This document shows positions 9,541 to 19,399 of a DNA stretch of 42,944 bases, one piece after another. A program made the position numbers and the translations under genes. The notes under the pieces were generated by a model. The model did no database searches and was not told the origin of the DNA. It saw only the letters and a list, made by a program, of their open reading frames with translations. Location: the sequence record SRR31156797_4646. One strand, given 5' to 3'. Within the stretch, counting starts at the first letter, position 1. Every line of letters starts with the position of its first letter.

Positions 9541-11010
9541 ATGTCATTCGTATCTGATAAAATTATTTCTGACGGTCTAACGTTTGATGACGTTCTTTTG
9601 GTTCCTTCTTATTCTGAAGTACTTCCACGAGACGTGAGTTTAAAAACAAAATTCTCTCGTTCAATTACGCTTAACGCTCCAATGGTATCTGCTGCGATGG
9701 ATACTGTTACTGAATCGGCTCTTGCAATTTCAATTGCTCGTGAAGGTGGTATTGGTGTAATTCACAAGAACATGAGTATTAAATCTCAGGCTAAACAGGT
9801 TTTAACTGTTAAAAGAGCTGAGAATGGTATGATTTACGATCCAATTACAATTGCTCCGTACAAGACAGTGCATGATGCACTTGCATTGATGAAGGAATTT
9901 AAAATTGGTGGTATTCCAGTTGTGGATAATGATAAATCTCTTTTGGGTATTGTTACCAATCGTGATTTGCGTTTCGAATTGGATATGGATCGTCCTATTT
10001 CAGAAGTAATGACAAGTGAAAACATTGTTACCACTTCTGATTCTACTGACCTGGAAAAAGCTGCCGAAATTCTTCAAGCACACAAAATTGAAAAACTTCC
10101 GGTTGTTGATTCAAAAAACAAATTGATTGGCTTGGTAACTTATAAAGACATTACCAAGGCTAAAGACAAACCATTGGCTTGTAAAGATGAAAAAGGTAGA
10201 CTTCGCGTAGCTGCAGCTGTTGGTGTTGCCGGAGATACTTTGGAAAGAATCGAAGCTTTGGTTCAGGCAAGTGCTGATGCTATTATCATCGATACTGCTC
10301 ATGGTCATTCAAAAGGAGTAGTTGAGGTTTTAAAAACGGCTAAAAAAATGTTTCCTGACATGCAATTTATTGTTGGTAACATTGCAACTCCTGAAGCTGC
10401 TTTAATGTTAGTTGAGGCTGGTGCTGATGGTGTTAAAGTTGGTATCGGACCAGGATCAATTTGTACAACTCGTGTTATTGCTGGTGTTGGTGTTCCTCAG
10501 TTGAGCGCTATTTATGAAGTATCGAAAGCATTAAAAGGAACAGGTGTGCCAGTAATTGCTGATGGTGGTCTTCGTTACTCTGGTGATATTGTAAAAGCTA
10601 TTGCAGCGGGTGCTGATAGTATTATGGCTGGATCATTGCTTGCGGGTGTTGAAGAATCTCCAGGAGAAACTATCATTTACAATGGTCGTAAATTCAAATC
10701 ATACCGAGGTATGGGTTCTGTTGAGGCGATGCAGCAAGGTTCAAAAGATCGTTACTTCCAGGATGCTGAAGATGATATCAAGAAATTAGTTCCTGAAGGA
10801 ATTGTTGCAAGAGTTCCATATAAAGGAACACTTTACGAGGTAATTTACCAGCTAATTGGTGGATTAAGAGCAGGTATGGGTTATTGTGGTTCGGCTAATA
10901 TCGAACAATTACACAATGCCAAATTTGTAAAAATCACTGCTTCTGGTATGGCTGAAAGTCATCCTCACGATGTAGCAATTACTCGTGAAGCTCCAAATTA
11001 TAGTAGATAA
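9541..11010 (+). CDS. guaB: IMP dehydrogenase with CBS pair
   Basis: [17 protein letters not shown], catalytic [32 protein letters not shown]. Confidence 0.98.
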   Translation: MSFVSDKIISDGLTFDDVLLVPSYSEVLPRDVSLKTKFSRSITLNAPMVSAAMDTVTESALAISIAREGGIGVIHKNMSIKSQAKQVLTVKRAENGMIYDPITIAPYKTVHDALALMKEFKIGGIPVVDNDKSLLGIVTNRDLRFELDMDRPISEVMTSENIVTTSDSTDLEKAAEILQAHKIEKLPVVDSKNKLIGLVTYKDITKAKDKPLACKDEKGRLRVAAAVGVAGDTLERIEALVQASADAIIIDTAHGHSKGVVEVLKTAKKMFPDMQFIVGNIATPEAALMLVEAGADGVKVGIGPGSICTTRVIAGVGVPQLSAIYEVSKALKGTGVPVIADGGLRYSGDIVKAIAAGADSIMAGSLLAGVEESPGETIIYNGRKFKSYRGMGSVEAMQQGSKDRYFQDAEDDIKKLVPEGIVARVPYKGTLYEVIYQLIGGLRAGMGYCGSANIEQLHNAKFVKITASGMAESHPHDVAITREAPNYSR

Positions 11011-11027
11011 TTATATCTCATATTTTC

Positions 11028-11060
11028 AGGTAACCCGTATTTTCGGGTTACCTTTTTTTT
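11028..11060 (+). terminator. Rho-independent terminator after guaB
   Basis: Stem AGGTAACCCG, loop TATTTT, CGGGTTACCT, followed by a T run. Confidence 0.88.
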
Positions 11061-11091
11061 AAGATCATTGCATTTTATTTAATACCGTTGA

Positions 11092-12741
11092 ATGAGAAAA
11101 GGTCTTTTATATCTGATAATTCTTTTGTGTTGCTCATTATTAGGAAATGGACAATCGGTTAATTCAGATACCCTTTTTACATTAAACAATATTCCTTTCC
11201 CATCCAAAACCTTCATCAAGCTATATCAAAACGGCAAACTCCTTGATGAACATCACAATATTCTTCCAATTGATGAAGCATTAAATTTATATATTGAATT
11301 TCAAGTTAAAGCACTGGAGGCACAAAAGCTACAAATTGATACAATTCCAGAAGTTCAACTCGAATTGGAATCTTATAAAAATCAAGCTTACGATAGCTAT
11401 CTATATCCTGTTAATATCACTCCGGAACTACTACAAGAAACCTTTAATAGAATTCAACATTTTGTAAAAGCACGGCACATTTTAGTTAAAATTGAAGGTC
11501 ACGCCACTCCAAAAGACACATTGGAGGCATACAACGAAGCAAAAAGCATTTATAAATTACTAAAAAAAGGGAAAGAATTCAACAAACTCGCCGATCAGCA
11601 TTCCGACGATCTATCAGTAAGAAAAAACGATGGTGAAACAGGATATTTCACGACGTTTGACATGGACTATCCATTCGAATCTTCGGTTTACAATACCCCT
11701 AAAGGAGAATTTTCGAAACCTGTGAGAACAAAGTACGGGTACCATATCATTCAACCCTTGGATAAAATTAAGAACCCTGGAAAGTTAAAAGTTCGCCATT
11801 TGATGCTAGAGTTCAGCAAGAATTTTAAATCCGAAGAACTTAAAAAAAAGGCTGATTCAATTTATTTGCAATTGTTAAGAGGAGAAAATTTTACCCAATT
11901 AATTCACAAATATTCTAATGATATCACCTCTAAAAAAAATAAAGGAGAACTTCCTTGGTTTGGTTTGTTTGAAACCCACAGGAAAATAGAAAAAGCAGCC
12001 TTTCAGCTTAAAGTAAAAAATGAATATAGTAAGCCTATAAAAACTGAATTTGGCTACCATATCATTCAATTATTAGATAAAAAGGATTACTCATCTTTTG
12101 ATACCTGCAAAGAGGAGTTGCTTGCCCTACTTTATGATGATGATCGTTCAAGAATATCAAAACACGAACTAATCGAAAAACTTAAAAAGGAATATCAATT
12201 CACTGAATACAAAGAACGTCTTGCTAATTTTCACTCAATTCTTGATTATGCTTATGCTGATTTGTGGCAACCCTTGTTTACAATTGATGGATTAGACTAT
12301 TCGCAAGAAAGCTTCGCAGATTTTCTTAGCAAACAAGCGTCGAAGGATATTTATGAAAATTTTAAAGAATACATCAATCGATTATATGTTAGTTTTACAA
12401 ACAATAGTATCTTAGCGCATTACAAAAAAAGCTTACAGGAAGACCATCCTGAATTAAAATCATTATTAAAGCAATACGAAGATGGAGTATTGGTGTACTT
12501 CATTACGAAATATAAAATATGGGATCAATCGACGAAAAACAATAACGATTTAGCCTTATATTTTAAACAAAACTCTGAAAAATATGATGAAAATGCTGAC
12601 TTAAGCGAAATAAAGATTAAAGTTCTTAAAGATTACAGAATGGAACTGGAAAAAATCTGGTTGAATGAATTGAAGAAAAACTATTCATTATCAATTAAAA
12701 AGTCAACACTTTTAAAAATTGCAAATAACAAAAATGAATAA
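11092..12741 (+). CDS. Exported peptidyl-prolyl isomerase with two parvulin (PpiC) domains
   Basis: Signal peptide; ARHILV...SDD...GETGYF...PVRTKYGYHII and VRHLML...GELPWF...PIKTEFGYHII. Confidence 0.88.
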   Translation: MRKGLLYLIILLCCSLLGNGQSVNSDTLFTLNNIPFPSKTFIKLYQNGKLLDEHHNILPIDEALNLYIEFQVKALEAQKLQIDTIPEVQLELESYKNQAYDSYLYPVNITPELLQETFNRIQHFVKARHILVKIEGHATPKDTLEAYNEAKSIYKLLKKGKEFNKLADQHSDDLSVRKNDGETGYFTTFDMDYPFESSVYNTPKGEFSKPVRTKYGYHIIQPLDKIKNPGKLKVRHLMLEFSKNFKSEELKKKADSIYLQLLRGENFTQLIHKYSNDITSKKNKGELPWFGLFETHRKIEKAAFQLKVKNEYSKPIKTEFGYHIIQLLDKKDYSSFDTCKEELLALLYDDDRSRISKHELIEKLKKEYQFTEYKERLANFHSILDYAYADLWQPLFTIDGLDYSQESFADFLSKQASKDIYENFKEYINRLYVSFTNNSILAHYKKSLQEDHPELKSLLKQYEDGVLVYFITKYKIWDQSTKNNNDLALYFKQNSEKYDENADLSEIKIKVLKDYRMELEKIWLNELKKNYSLSIKKSTLLKIANNKNE

Positions 12742-13570
12742 ATACCTATTACTACTAATTGCATTTACTGGAATTATTGCCTGTAACAACACTGATAACG
12801 ATCAGCCTGCAGCAAAAGTAAACGACAATATTCTTTATTTTAGTGAAATCTCGGCAGTAGTGCCTAACAATAGCAATAAAGAAGATAGCATATTAATTGC
12901 GGATAATTATATTCATCAGTGGGTAAAAAAACAATTGATTATTTCAAAAGCAGAATTAAATTTAAGCGAAGAAGATAAAGATGTTAGTAAAATGGTTGAA
13001 GATTATCGATCCTCTTTAATTATTCACAAATACCAACAACAACTAATCGAACAAAAGTTAGATACCGTAGTAACCTCTTTTCAAATTGACAATTACTATC
13101 GTAAATTTTCAAATAATTTTATTTTAAACAGAAATATTATAAAAGCTCTGTTCATTAAAATTCCTAAACCAGTACCGGATTTTAAAAAAATCCAGAAGCT
13201 ATATAAATCACAAAAAGAGGAAGATTGGGAAGAATTGGAAGACTACTGCTTTCAGAATGCAACAAATTTTGATAATTTTAGCGATCAATGGATAAATGCA
13301 AATGAGCTATTGAGTAGAATGCCTTTAAGTTCGAAAAGCGAAGACAACCTTCTTAAACACAGAAAACACATTGAATCAGAAGATTCTACGCATTATTATT
13401 TTGCAAAAATAAAAGAAGTTGAATTTAAGAATAGTGTTGCTCCGCTACCTTTTGTAAGAGATGATATTAAAAAGATTTTAATAAATAAGCGTAAAATAGA
13501 GTTCATTCGAAATCTCGAAGAAAATATTTATCGAGATGCAGAATCAAAAAACAAATTCAAAATATATTAA
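12734..13570 (+). CDS. Lipoprotein of the PPIase/SurA cluster (foldase-like, EpsD/PrsA-related). Start at ATG 12734
   Basis: MNKYLLLLIAFTGIIA-C lipobox; AAKVNDNILY chaperone-type N-terminus; APLPFVRDDIKKIL; overlaps the upstream gene by 8 nt. Confidence 0.75.
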   Translation: MNKYLLLLIAFTGIIACNNTDNDQPAAKVNDNILYFSEISAVVPNNSNKEDSILIADNYIHQWVKKQLIISKAELNLSEEDKDVSKMVEDYRSSLIIHKYQQQLIEQKLDTVVTSFQIDNYYRKFSNNFILNRNIIKALFIKIPKPVPDFKKIQKLYKSQKEEDWEELEDYCFQNATNFDNFSDQWINANELLSRMPLSSKSEDNLLKHRKHIESEDSTHYYFAKIKEVEFKNSVAPLPFVRDDIKKILINKRKIEFIRNLEENIYRDAESKNKFKIY

Positions 13571-13580
13571 ACCATAAAAT

Positions 13581-14933
13581 ATGCGTTACATTTTTAGAAA
13601 AGTTTACACGGTTCTGGCAATATTATTAATGGGTGTTATTTCCTCAAATGCTCAAGATAATGTTGTTGATAAAATAATTGCCGTGGTTGGTAATCAGGTT
13701 GTACTTAAGTCTGATGTTGAACAAAGATTCATCAGCCTAAAGGCACAGGGTTATACATCGGGAAGTGTTGATTTAAAAACAGAAATTTTTGAAGATTTGT
13801 TGATTCAAAAGTTGATGATTGCGCAAGCTCAAATTGACAGTATTGAAGTTACCGATCAGGAAGTTGAAAATGATTTGGATCGTAAAATGGAAATGTACAT
13901 TCAAAGAATTGGTACCAAAGAAAAATTGGAGCAGTATTTCAACAAAACGATTCTTGAAATGAAAAATGATCTTCGTGACGATACACGAAACGAAAAGATC
14001 AAAGATAAAATGCAGGCTGAAATCACGAAAGATATTCACATTACTCCTGCCGAAGTACGTAACTTTTACAGCAAGTTAAACAAAGACAGTTTACCAATTA
14101 TTCCAGGTGAATTAGAAGTTCAGCAAATTGTAAAATATCCTAAAATTTCTGATGACGAAAAAGATAGAATACGCGAAAAATTAAGAGGATATCGTGACAG
14201 AGTGCTTAATGGTGATAATTTTTCTACATTGGCTGTACTTTATTCAGAAGATAAGGGTACCGCGCAACGAGGTGGAGAGTTAGGATATACTCCAAGAGCA
14301 AACTTAGTTCCTGAGTTTGCCAATGTGGCATTTAATCTTAAAACGGATAAGGTTTCTAAAATTGTTGAAACTGAATACGGTTTCCATATCATTCAATTAA
14401 TTGATAGAAAAGGAGAACGTATCAATGTTCGCCATATCCTGTTAAAGCCAAAAATTGATGAAGAAAAAAGAGAACATGCAACTGCACAATTGGATAGTAT
14501 AGCAGATTTGATTCGCAAAGAAAAAATGGAATTCGATGAAGCAGCTTTTTACTTCTCTGATGATAAAGATACCAGAAACAACGGTGGATTGTTAGTAAAT
14601 CCCTACACCGCAGCTTCAAAATTTGAAAAAGACAACTTACCTCCTGCAATAAGCCAACAGGTAAATAAGTTAAAAATTAACGAAATTTCAGCCCCTTTCT
14701 TAGATGTTTCGGGTGGTAAAGATGCCTATAAAATCATTAAGATTAAATCAGAAACCAAATCTCACCCGGCTAATATTTCGGATGATTGGAGTCAATTTGA
14801 AGGTATGCTAACTCAGAAAAAACAGCAATCGGTACTTAATAAGTGGATAAAAGAAAAACAAGCTAATACTTACGTTCATATCGACGACGACTATAAAAAT
14901 GCTAATTTTAGATTTAAAGGTTGGCAAAAATAA
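13581..14933 (+). CDS. surA: SurA-like periplasmic chaperone/PPIase
   Basis: Signal peptide; VDKIIAVVGNQVVLKSDV SurA N-domain; parvulin domains with YSED...GGELG...ETEYGFHIIQ and VRHILLKP. Confidence 0.85.
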   Translation: MRYIFRKVYTVLAILLMGVISSNAQDNVVDKIIAVVGNQVVLKSDVEQRFISLKAQGYTSGSVDLKTEIFEDLLIQKLMIAQAQIDSIEVTDQEVENDLDRKMEMYIQRIGTKEKLEQYFNKTILEMKNDLRDDTRNEKIKDKMQAEITKDIHITPAEVRNFYSKLNKDSLPIIPGELEVQQIVKYPKISDDEKDRIREKLRGYRDRVLNGDNFSTLAVLYSEDKGTAQRGGELGYTPRANLVPEFANVAFNLKTDKVSKIVETEYGFHIIQLIDRKGERINVRHILLKPKIDEEKREHATAQLDSIADLIRKEKMEFDEAAFYFSDDKDTRNNGGLLVNPYTAASKFEKDNLPPAISQQVNKLKINEISAPFLDVSGGKDAYKIIKIKSETKSHPANISDDWSQFEGMLTQKKQQSVLNKWIKEKQANTYVHIDDDYKNANFRFKGWQK

Positions 14934-14954
14934 ACGGTTGAAAGTTTACAATTC

Positions 14955-14977
14955 AGACACAGCTTTTTGCTGTGTCT
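14955..14977 (+). terminator. Intergenic hairpin between surA and moxR (weak terminator or stabilising stem)
   Basis: AGACACAGC-TTTTT-GCTGTGTCT perfect 9-bp stem; no clean U tract. Confidence 0.5.
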
Positions 14978-15011
14978 AATTATTTAAAGGATATACAAAA
15001 TTGACATTCTT

Positions 15012-15977
15012 ATGAATTTTAAAACAGAAGTAGAAGCTGCAAATTCATTGTATGAAGATTATCAAAACCTAATGACTGAGATTGGTAAAAAAATCTATGG
15101 TCAGGATGATATCATCAAAAAAGTACTCATTTCAATTTTTAGTAACGGGCACTGCCTATTGGTTGGAGTTCCAGGATTAGCAAAAACACTACTTGTAAAT
15201 TCTATTTCTCAAGTTTTAGATTTAAAATATCAAAGAATTCAGTTTACTCCTGATTTAATGCCTTCGGATATCATCGGTACAGAAATTTTAAACAGTGAAC
15301 GAAAATTCAACTTTTTAAAAGGACCGCTATTTGCCAATATTCTTCTTGCAGACGAAATTAACCGTACACCTCCTAAAACGCAATCTGCTTTATTGGAAGC
15401 TATGCAGGAGAAAATGGTAACTGTTAATGGTAAAAATTATGAAATTGAAAAGCCATTTTTCGTTTTAGCAACACAAAATCCGATCGAACAAGAAGGTACT
15501 TATCCTTTACCAGAAGCTCAGTTAGATCGCTTCATGTTTAGTATATACCTGGATTACCCAAGTCCTGAAGATGAGCTTACAATTGTGGAGAACACTACTT
15601 CTGGCAAAGAAATTGTTTTAAATAAAATAATTTCAGGGGAGAAAATTTCATACTATCAAAAATTAGTACAAAAAGTACCAATTAATAAAAATGTATTGGA
15701 ATATGCTGTAAATTTATCGGCCAAATCGAGACCGAATACAGAGTATTCTCACCCTATAGCCAATAAGTATATTAACTGGGGAGCAGGACCAAGAGCATCA
15801 CAATACTTGGTTATTGGTGCTAAAACCCATGCATTGTTATCGGGAAAATATTCTCCTGATATTGATGATGTAAAAGCCGTAGCTATTGAGATACTACGAC
15901 ACAGAATCATGAAAAATTATAAAGCTGAAGCCGAAGGAGTCAGCTTAGAAGATATCATTAGTGAATTATTAAAGTAA
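15012..15977 (+). CDS. MoxR-family AAA+ ATPase
   Basis: Walker A GVPGLAKT, RIQFTPDLMPSD, Walker B LLADEINR, ATQNPIEQEGTYPLPEAQLDRF. Confidence 0.95.
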   Translation: MNFKTEVEAANSLYEDYQNLMTEIGKKIYGQDDIIKKVLISIFSNGHCLLVGVPGLAKTLLVNSISQVLDLKYQRIQFTPDLMPSDIIGTEILNSERKFNFLKGPLFANILLADEINRTPPKTQSALLEAMQEKMVTVNGKNYEIEKPFFVLATQNPIEQEGTYPLPEAQLDRFMFSIYLDYPSPEDELTIVENTTSGKEIVLNKIISGEKISYYQKLVQKVPINKNVLEYAVNLSAKSRPNTEYSHPIANKYINWGAGPRASQYLVIGAKTHALLSGKYSPDIDDVKAVAIEILRHRIMKNYKAEAEGVSLEDIISELLK

Positions 15978-17543
15978 ATGCGAATGCCTAGTGTAGCAAA
16001 ACAACACATATTATTAATCATCTTAACCGGATTCATCTGTTTATGTAGTATTCCAACTACTGCTCAGAAAAAATCCAAAGTTGATATTAAAAATTCAGAT
16101 GATGGTTTGTTTTTAAGAAATGAAAAACCACCCAGAAATGTATTTTGGGGTAATGTATTTATCACACATGGTAATATTAAAATGTATTGCGATAGTGTAA
16201 ATCAATATGATACCGAAAATAGAATTGAAGCCTTTGGTAAAGTACACATTATAAATGCTGATACCGTTCACATATATGGCGATTATCTAAAATACAATGG
16301 CAATACCAGGCTTGCCGAAATGCGTGACAATGTTAAACTAAAAAACAAATCAGTCACCATAACAACCGATTTTTTAGATTTTGACATGAACGAAAGTGTT
16401 GGTTACTATTTCAACCATGGTAAAATTGTTGACGCAACAAATATTCTTACCAGTAATATTGGAAGATATTACACAAAACAAGATATGTTGTTTTTTAAAG
16501 ATACAGTTGAAGTACACAGTAACGATTACATCCTGTATTCCGACACATTAAAATACCATACCATTAGTAAAACTGCTTTTATCCTGGGACCAACAACTAT
16601 TGTGAGTGAAAACGAAACACTTTACTCTGAGGATGGTTGGTACAATACCAATACAGGAATATCGCAGTTTTTCAAAAATACAACACTAAATAGTAAGGAA
16701 TATCAGATTAAAGGAGATAGTATCTATTTGGATAAAAACAAGGAAACAGCCAGAGTTTTTGACAATGTAGAACTTAAAGATACCGTCAACAATATTATTT
16801 TAAGGGGACATTTTTTAGAAACTTTTAGAAATACCGAAGAAGCATTAATGACCGACTCTGCGGTATTTATTCAAGTTGCAGAACAAGATTCATTGTTTTT
16901 ACATTCTGATACTCTCACAATTTCGAAAGACTCTGCAGATTTTGAATTAATCAAAGCATTTAATCATGTGAAATTCTTTAGACCTGATTTGCAAGGAAAA
17001 TGTGATTCTTTGGTTTATAGTATGCAAGATTCAACCATTCGTTTATTTCAAGATCCTGTTTTATGGGCTCAAGGCAATCAAATGGTTGCAGATACCATTG
17101 GAATTCAAACGCAAAATCAAGCAATACGTTACCTTCATTTTAGAGGTTCGTCATTCTTAACCGCAAAAGAAGACAGTGTTTTTTACAATCAAATAAAAGG
17201 TAAAAACATGCTAGGTCATGTTAAGGATAACAAAATCTATCAATTAGACATTGATGGAAATGGTGAAACTCTTTACTATCCAAAAGATGACGAAGTATTA
17301 TTAGGAATGAATGTTGCAAAAAGTAGCGACATAATCATTCTTATTCAGGAAAATAAGATTGATCAAATCAAATTTATTAAAAAGCCTGATGGCAACATGT
17401 ACCCTTTGTTTGAAGTGGAAAAAGAAATGCTATTTCTAAAAGAATTTAAATGGTTTGAAGGTATTCAACCCAAATCAAAAGAAGATATTTTTATTTGGAA
17501 TGAAATTCCACCCAAAAATGCACAAACAATATTAAAAGAATAA
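15978..17543 (+). CDS. OstA/LptA-like exported beta-jellyroll (beta-taco) protein
   Basis: Signal peptide; repeated motifs GNV..H..MYCDS, AFGKVHI, YSDTLKY, KGDSIY, HSDTL, KCDSLVY, ADTI; no C-terminal barrel signature. Confidence 0.8.
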   Translation: MRMPSVAKQHILLIILTGFICLCSIPTTAQKKSKVDIKNSDDGLFLRNEKPPRNVFWGNVFITHGNIKMYCDSVNQYDTENRIEAFGKVHIINADTVHIYGDYLKYNGNTRLAEMRDNVKLKNKSVTITTDFLDFDMNESVGYYFNHGKIVDATNILTSNIGRYYTKQDMLFFKDTVEVHSNDYILYSDTLKYHTISKTAFILGPTTIVSENETLYSEDGWYNTNTGISQFFKNTTLNSKEYQIKGDSIYLDKNKETARVFDNVELKDTVNNIILRGHFLETFRNTEEALMTDSAVFIQVAEQDSLFLHSDTLTISKDSADFELIKAFNHVKFFRPDLQGKCDSLVYSMQDSTIRLFQDPVLWAQGNQMVADTIGIQTQNQAIRYLHFRGSSFLTAKEDSVFYNQIKGKNMLGHVKDNKIYQLDIDGNGETLYYPKDDEVLLGMNVAKSSDIIILIQENKIDQIKFIKKPDGNMYPLFEVEKEMLFLKEFKWFEGIQPKSKEDIFIWNEIPPKNAQTILKE

Positions 17544-17549
17544 GGATAC

Positions 17550-17582
17550 AAAAAATGGGGTTTTTAAAAAACCCCATTTTTT
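17550..17582. terminator. Bidirectional intrinsic terminator between convergent genes
   Basis: AAAAAATGGGGTTTTT-A-AAAAACCCCATTTTTT inverted repeat with A and T tails. Confidence 0.85.
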
Positions 17583-17585
17583 ATT

Positions 17586-17807
17586 TTAGTATTCATCTTC
17601 GTTGAATAAAAAATCTCCTTTGCTAGGATAATCAGGCCATATATCTTCTATACTTTCAAAAATCTCCCCTTCTTCCTCAATTTCCTGCAAATTCTCGATC
17701 ACCTCCAACGGAGCACCTGAGCGGATTGCATAATCAATCAACTCATCTTTGCTTGCCGGCCATGGCGCATCTTCAAGTTTCGTGGCTAATTCTAAAGTCC
17801 AGTACAT
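17586..17807 (-). CDS. DUF2795-family small acidic protein
   Basis: MYWTLELA.KLEDAPWPA.KDELIDYAIRSGAPLEVIENL is a recognisable conserved Bacteroidota sequence. Confidence 0.88.
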   Translation of the reverse strand: MYWTLELATKLEDAPWPASKDELIDYAIRSGAPLEVIENLQEIEEEGEIFESIEDIWPDYPSKGDFLFNEDEY

Positions 17808-17864
17808 AAGTTCAAAATATTTTTAGATTCCTTTATTCTGCGAATATAATTTTTTTTTCCGAAT

Positions 17865-18425
17865 TTACAAGTCAGGTTCCCATTTAATTTCAGAAGCCCC
17901 AACATCCAGTAAAACCTTACGAGACAGGATAAATAGATAATCCGATAATCTATTTAAGTACTTCAATAATAAGGGATTTATGTCAATCTCTGCCGACAAT
18001 TGATTGGCTCTGCGCTCCGCTCTTCGGCAAACGGTTCTGGCAACATGACAAAATCCATTCAATTGACTACCTCCTGGCAATACAAAATTATTCAAGGCTG
18101 GTAAACTTTCATCCATCCTGTCCATTTCCGATTCCAATAGTAAAATATCCTCTTCGGCAATGATTAATTTCTCTTTTAAATCTGATTTACTATCATCAGT
18201 TGCAAGACGAGAACCAATTAAAAACAATTTGTTTTGTACAGCACTTAAAACCTCGCTCGTTTTTGCTTCCAATTCATGCGATCGTATCAATCCAATATAA
18301 GAATTCAATTCGTCAACAGTGCCATAAGCCTCTAAACGCAAATGATATTTTGGCACTCTGGTTCCGCCAATTAAGCCAGTTGTTCCAGAATCACCAGTTT
18401 TAGTATATACTTTAAATTTATCCAT
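17865..18425 (-). CDS. pduO: PduO-type ATP:cob(I)alamin adenosyltransferase. Likely start 18425; the ORF track extends to 18461
   Basis: KVYTKTGDSGTT, AYGTVDELNS, FVLPGG, ARTVCRRAER, YLNRLSDYLF. Confidence 0.92.
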   Translation of the reverse strand: MDKFKVYTKTGDSGTTGLIGGTRVPKYHLRLEAYGTVDELNSYIGLIRSHELEAKTSEVLSAVQNKLFLIGSRLATDDSKSDLKEKLIIAEEDILLLESEMDRMDESLPALNNFVLPGGSQLNGFCHVARTVCRRAERRANQLSAEIDINPLLLKYLNRLSDYLFILSRKVLLDVGASEIKWEPDL

Positions 18426-18517
18426 TACTTTATGCTTTGAGCTGATAATACAAATTTTCACAAACTGAATTATTTAAGCTATAACAAAGATAAAATTTTA
18501 AGCCAATTTGCAATGAA

Positions 18518-19285
18518 TCAGAACCTGTACTTTCGTGTATAATTTTGCTTTTGCATCCCTTCTTTGGCAATCAATATTCCCATATGAAATAAATCAAATC
18601 CAACTCGATAATGCTCCTTTTCTCTCATCTTCAACCAAAAAGATTCTAGTTTTTCAGTTTTATACATGTTCAAAACAATCAAAAAACATTCGTTTGTTAA
18701 AATTTTGTTATCATTTTCTTCTAAATATTTCAGTACCTCTTCGGATGTCGAATCGGATACAACAACAAAGTCGAATTTTGGCAATGAATCTTTAAGTTGA
18801 TTGAAATTCAAGTTTTCCAAGTTTGAAATTTTCAATTCTTCATGTGTAATTTGATCATAAATACTCTTCAACCCCTCAGTATTTCCAACTTTTGTTATCT
18901 TATTCCTGGAATCAACTTTAGCCATATAATTAGTAGTATATCCTAAATCAGATCCAAAATATACAGGAACCTTCGCTTTGCTAAAATTCAATAATCTAAA
19001 AACCAATCGATCAATAGATTCTCCCTCTTTAAGCCTTTTAATTTCCTGTTTAAATTTTAGATGAACCAATTTATCAGCACTTGATATCTTAAGCTTGTTT
19101 TTTAGTAACTCTATAGCCTTTTTTCGATGAAATTGTAATTTTGCAAATGCATAATAATGCAATTTTGCTTCTATCACACTTGTTATCAAATAAAAAGTAT
19201 ATGGTGAATGAATACCAAAGCCTTTTCTGCGATAAGCTTTTAAACGGTACAATCTCTTTTTTAATCGATATTGGATACGACTCAT
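18518..19285 (-). CDS. Degenerate class I SAM-methyltransferase-like protein
   Basis: RKGFGIHSPYTF N-terminal motif and C-terminal DLFHMGI...KQNY typical of a Bacteroidota methyltransferase-like family; the SAM motif is reduced to YFGSDLG. Confidence 0.55.
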   Translation of the reverse strand: MSRIQYRLKKRLYRLKAYRRKGFGIHSPYTFYLITSVIEAKLHYYAFAKLQFHRKKAIELLKNKLKISSADKLVHLKFKQEIKRLKEGESIDRLVFRLLNFSKAKVPVYFGSDLGYTTNYMAKVDSRNKITKVGNTEGLKSIYDQITHEELKISNLENLNFNQLKDSLPKFDFVVVSDSTSEEVLKYLEENDNKILTNECFLIVLNMYKTEKLESFWLKMREKEHYRVGFDLFHMGILIAKEGMQKQNYTRKYRF

Positions 19286-19399
19286 GTTCTTGTGTGGGTA
19301 TATTTGGCGAATTTAATTGTAAATTTGAACTTCTTCAAATCATCCTTCTAAACTCGGTAATGATTTGATCTAAATTTATAGAACTATTAGCATTTATCA

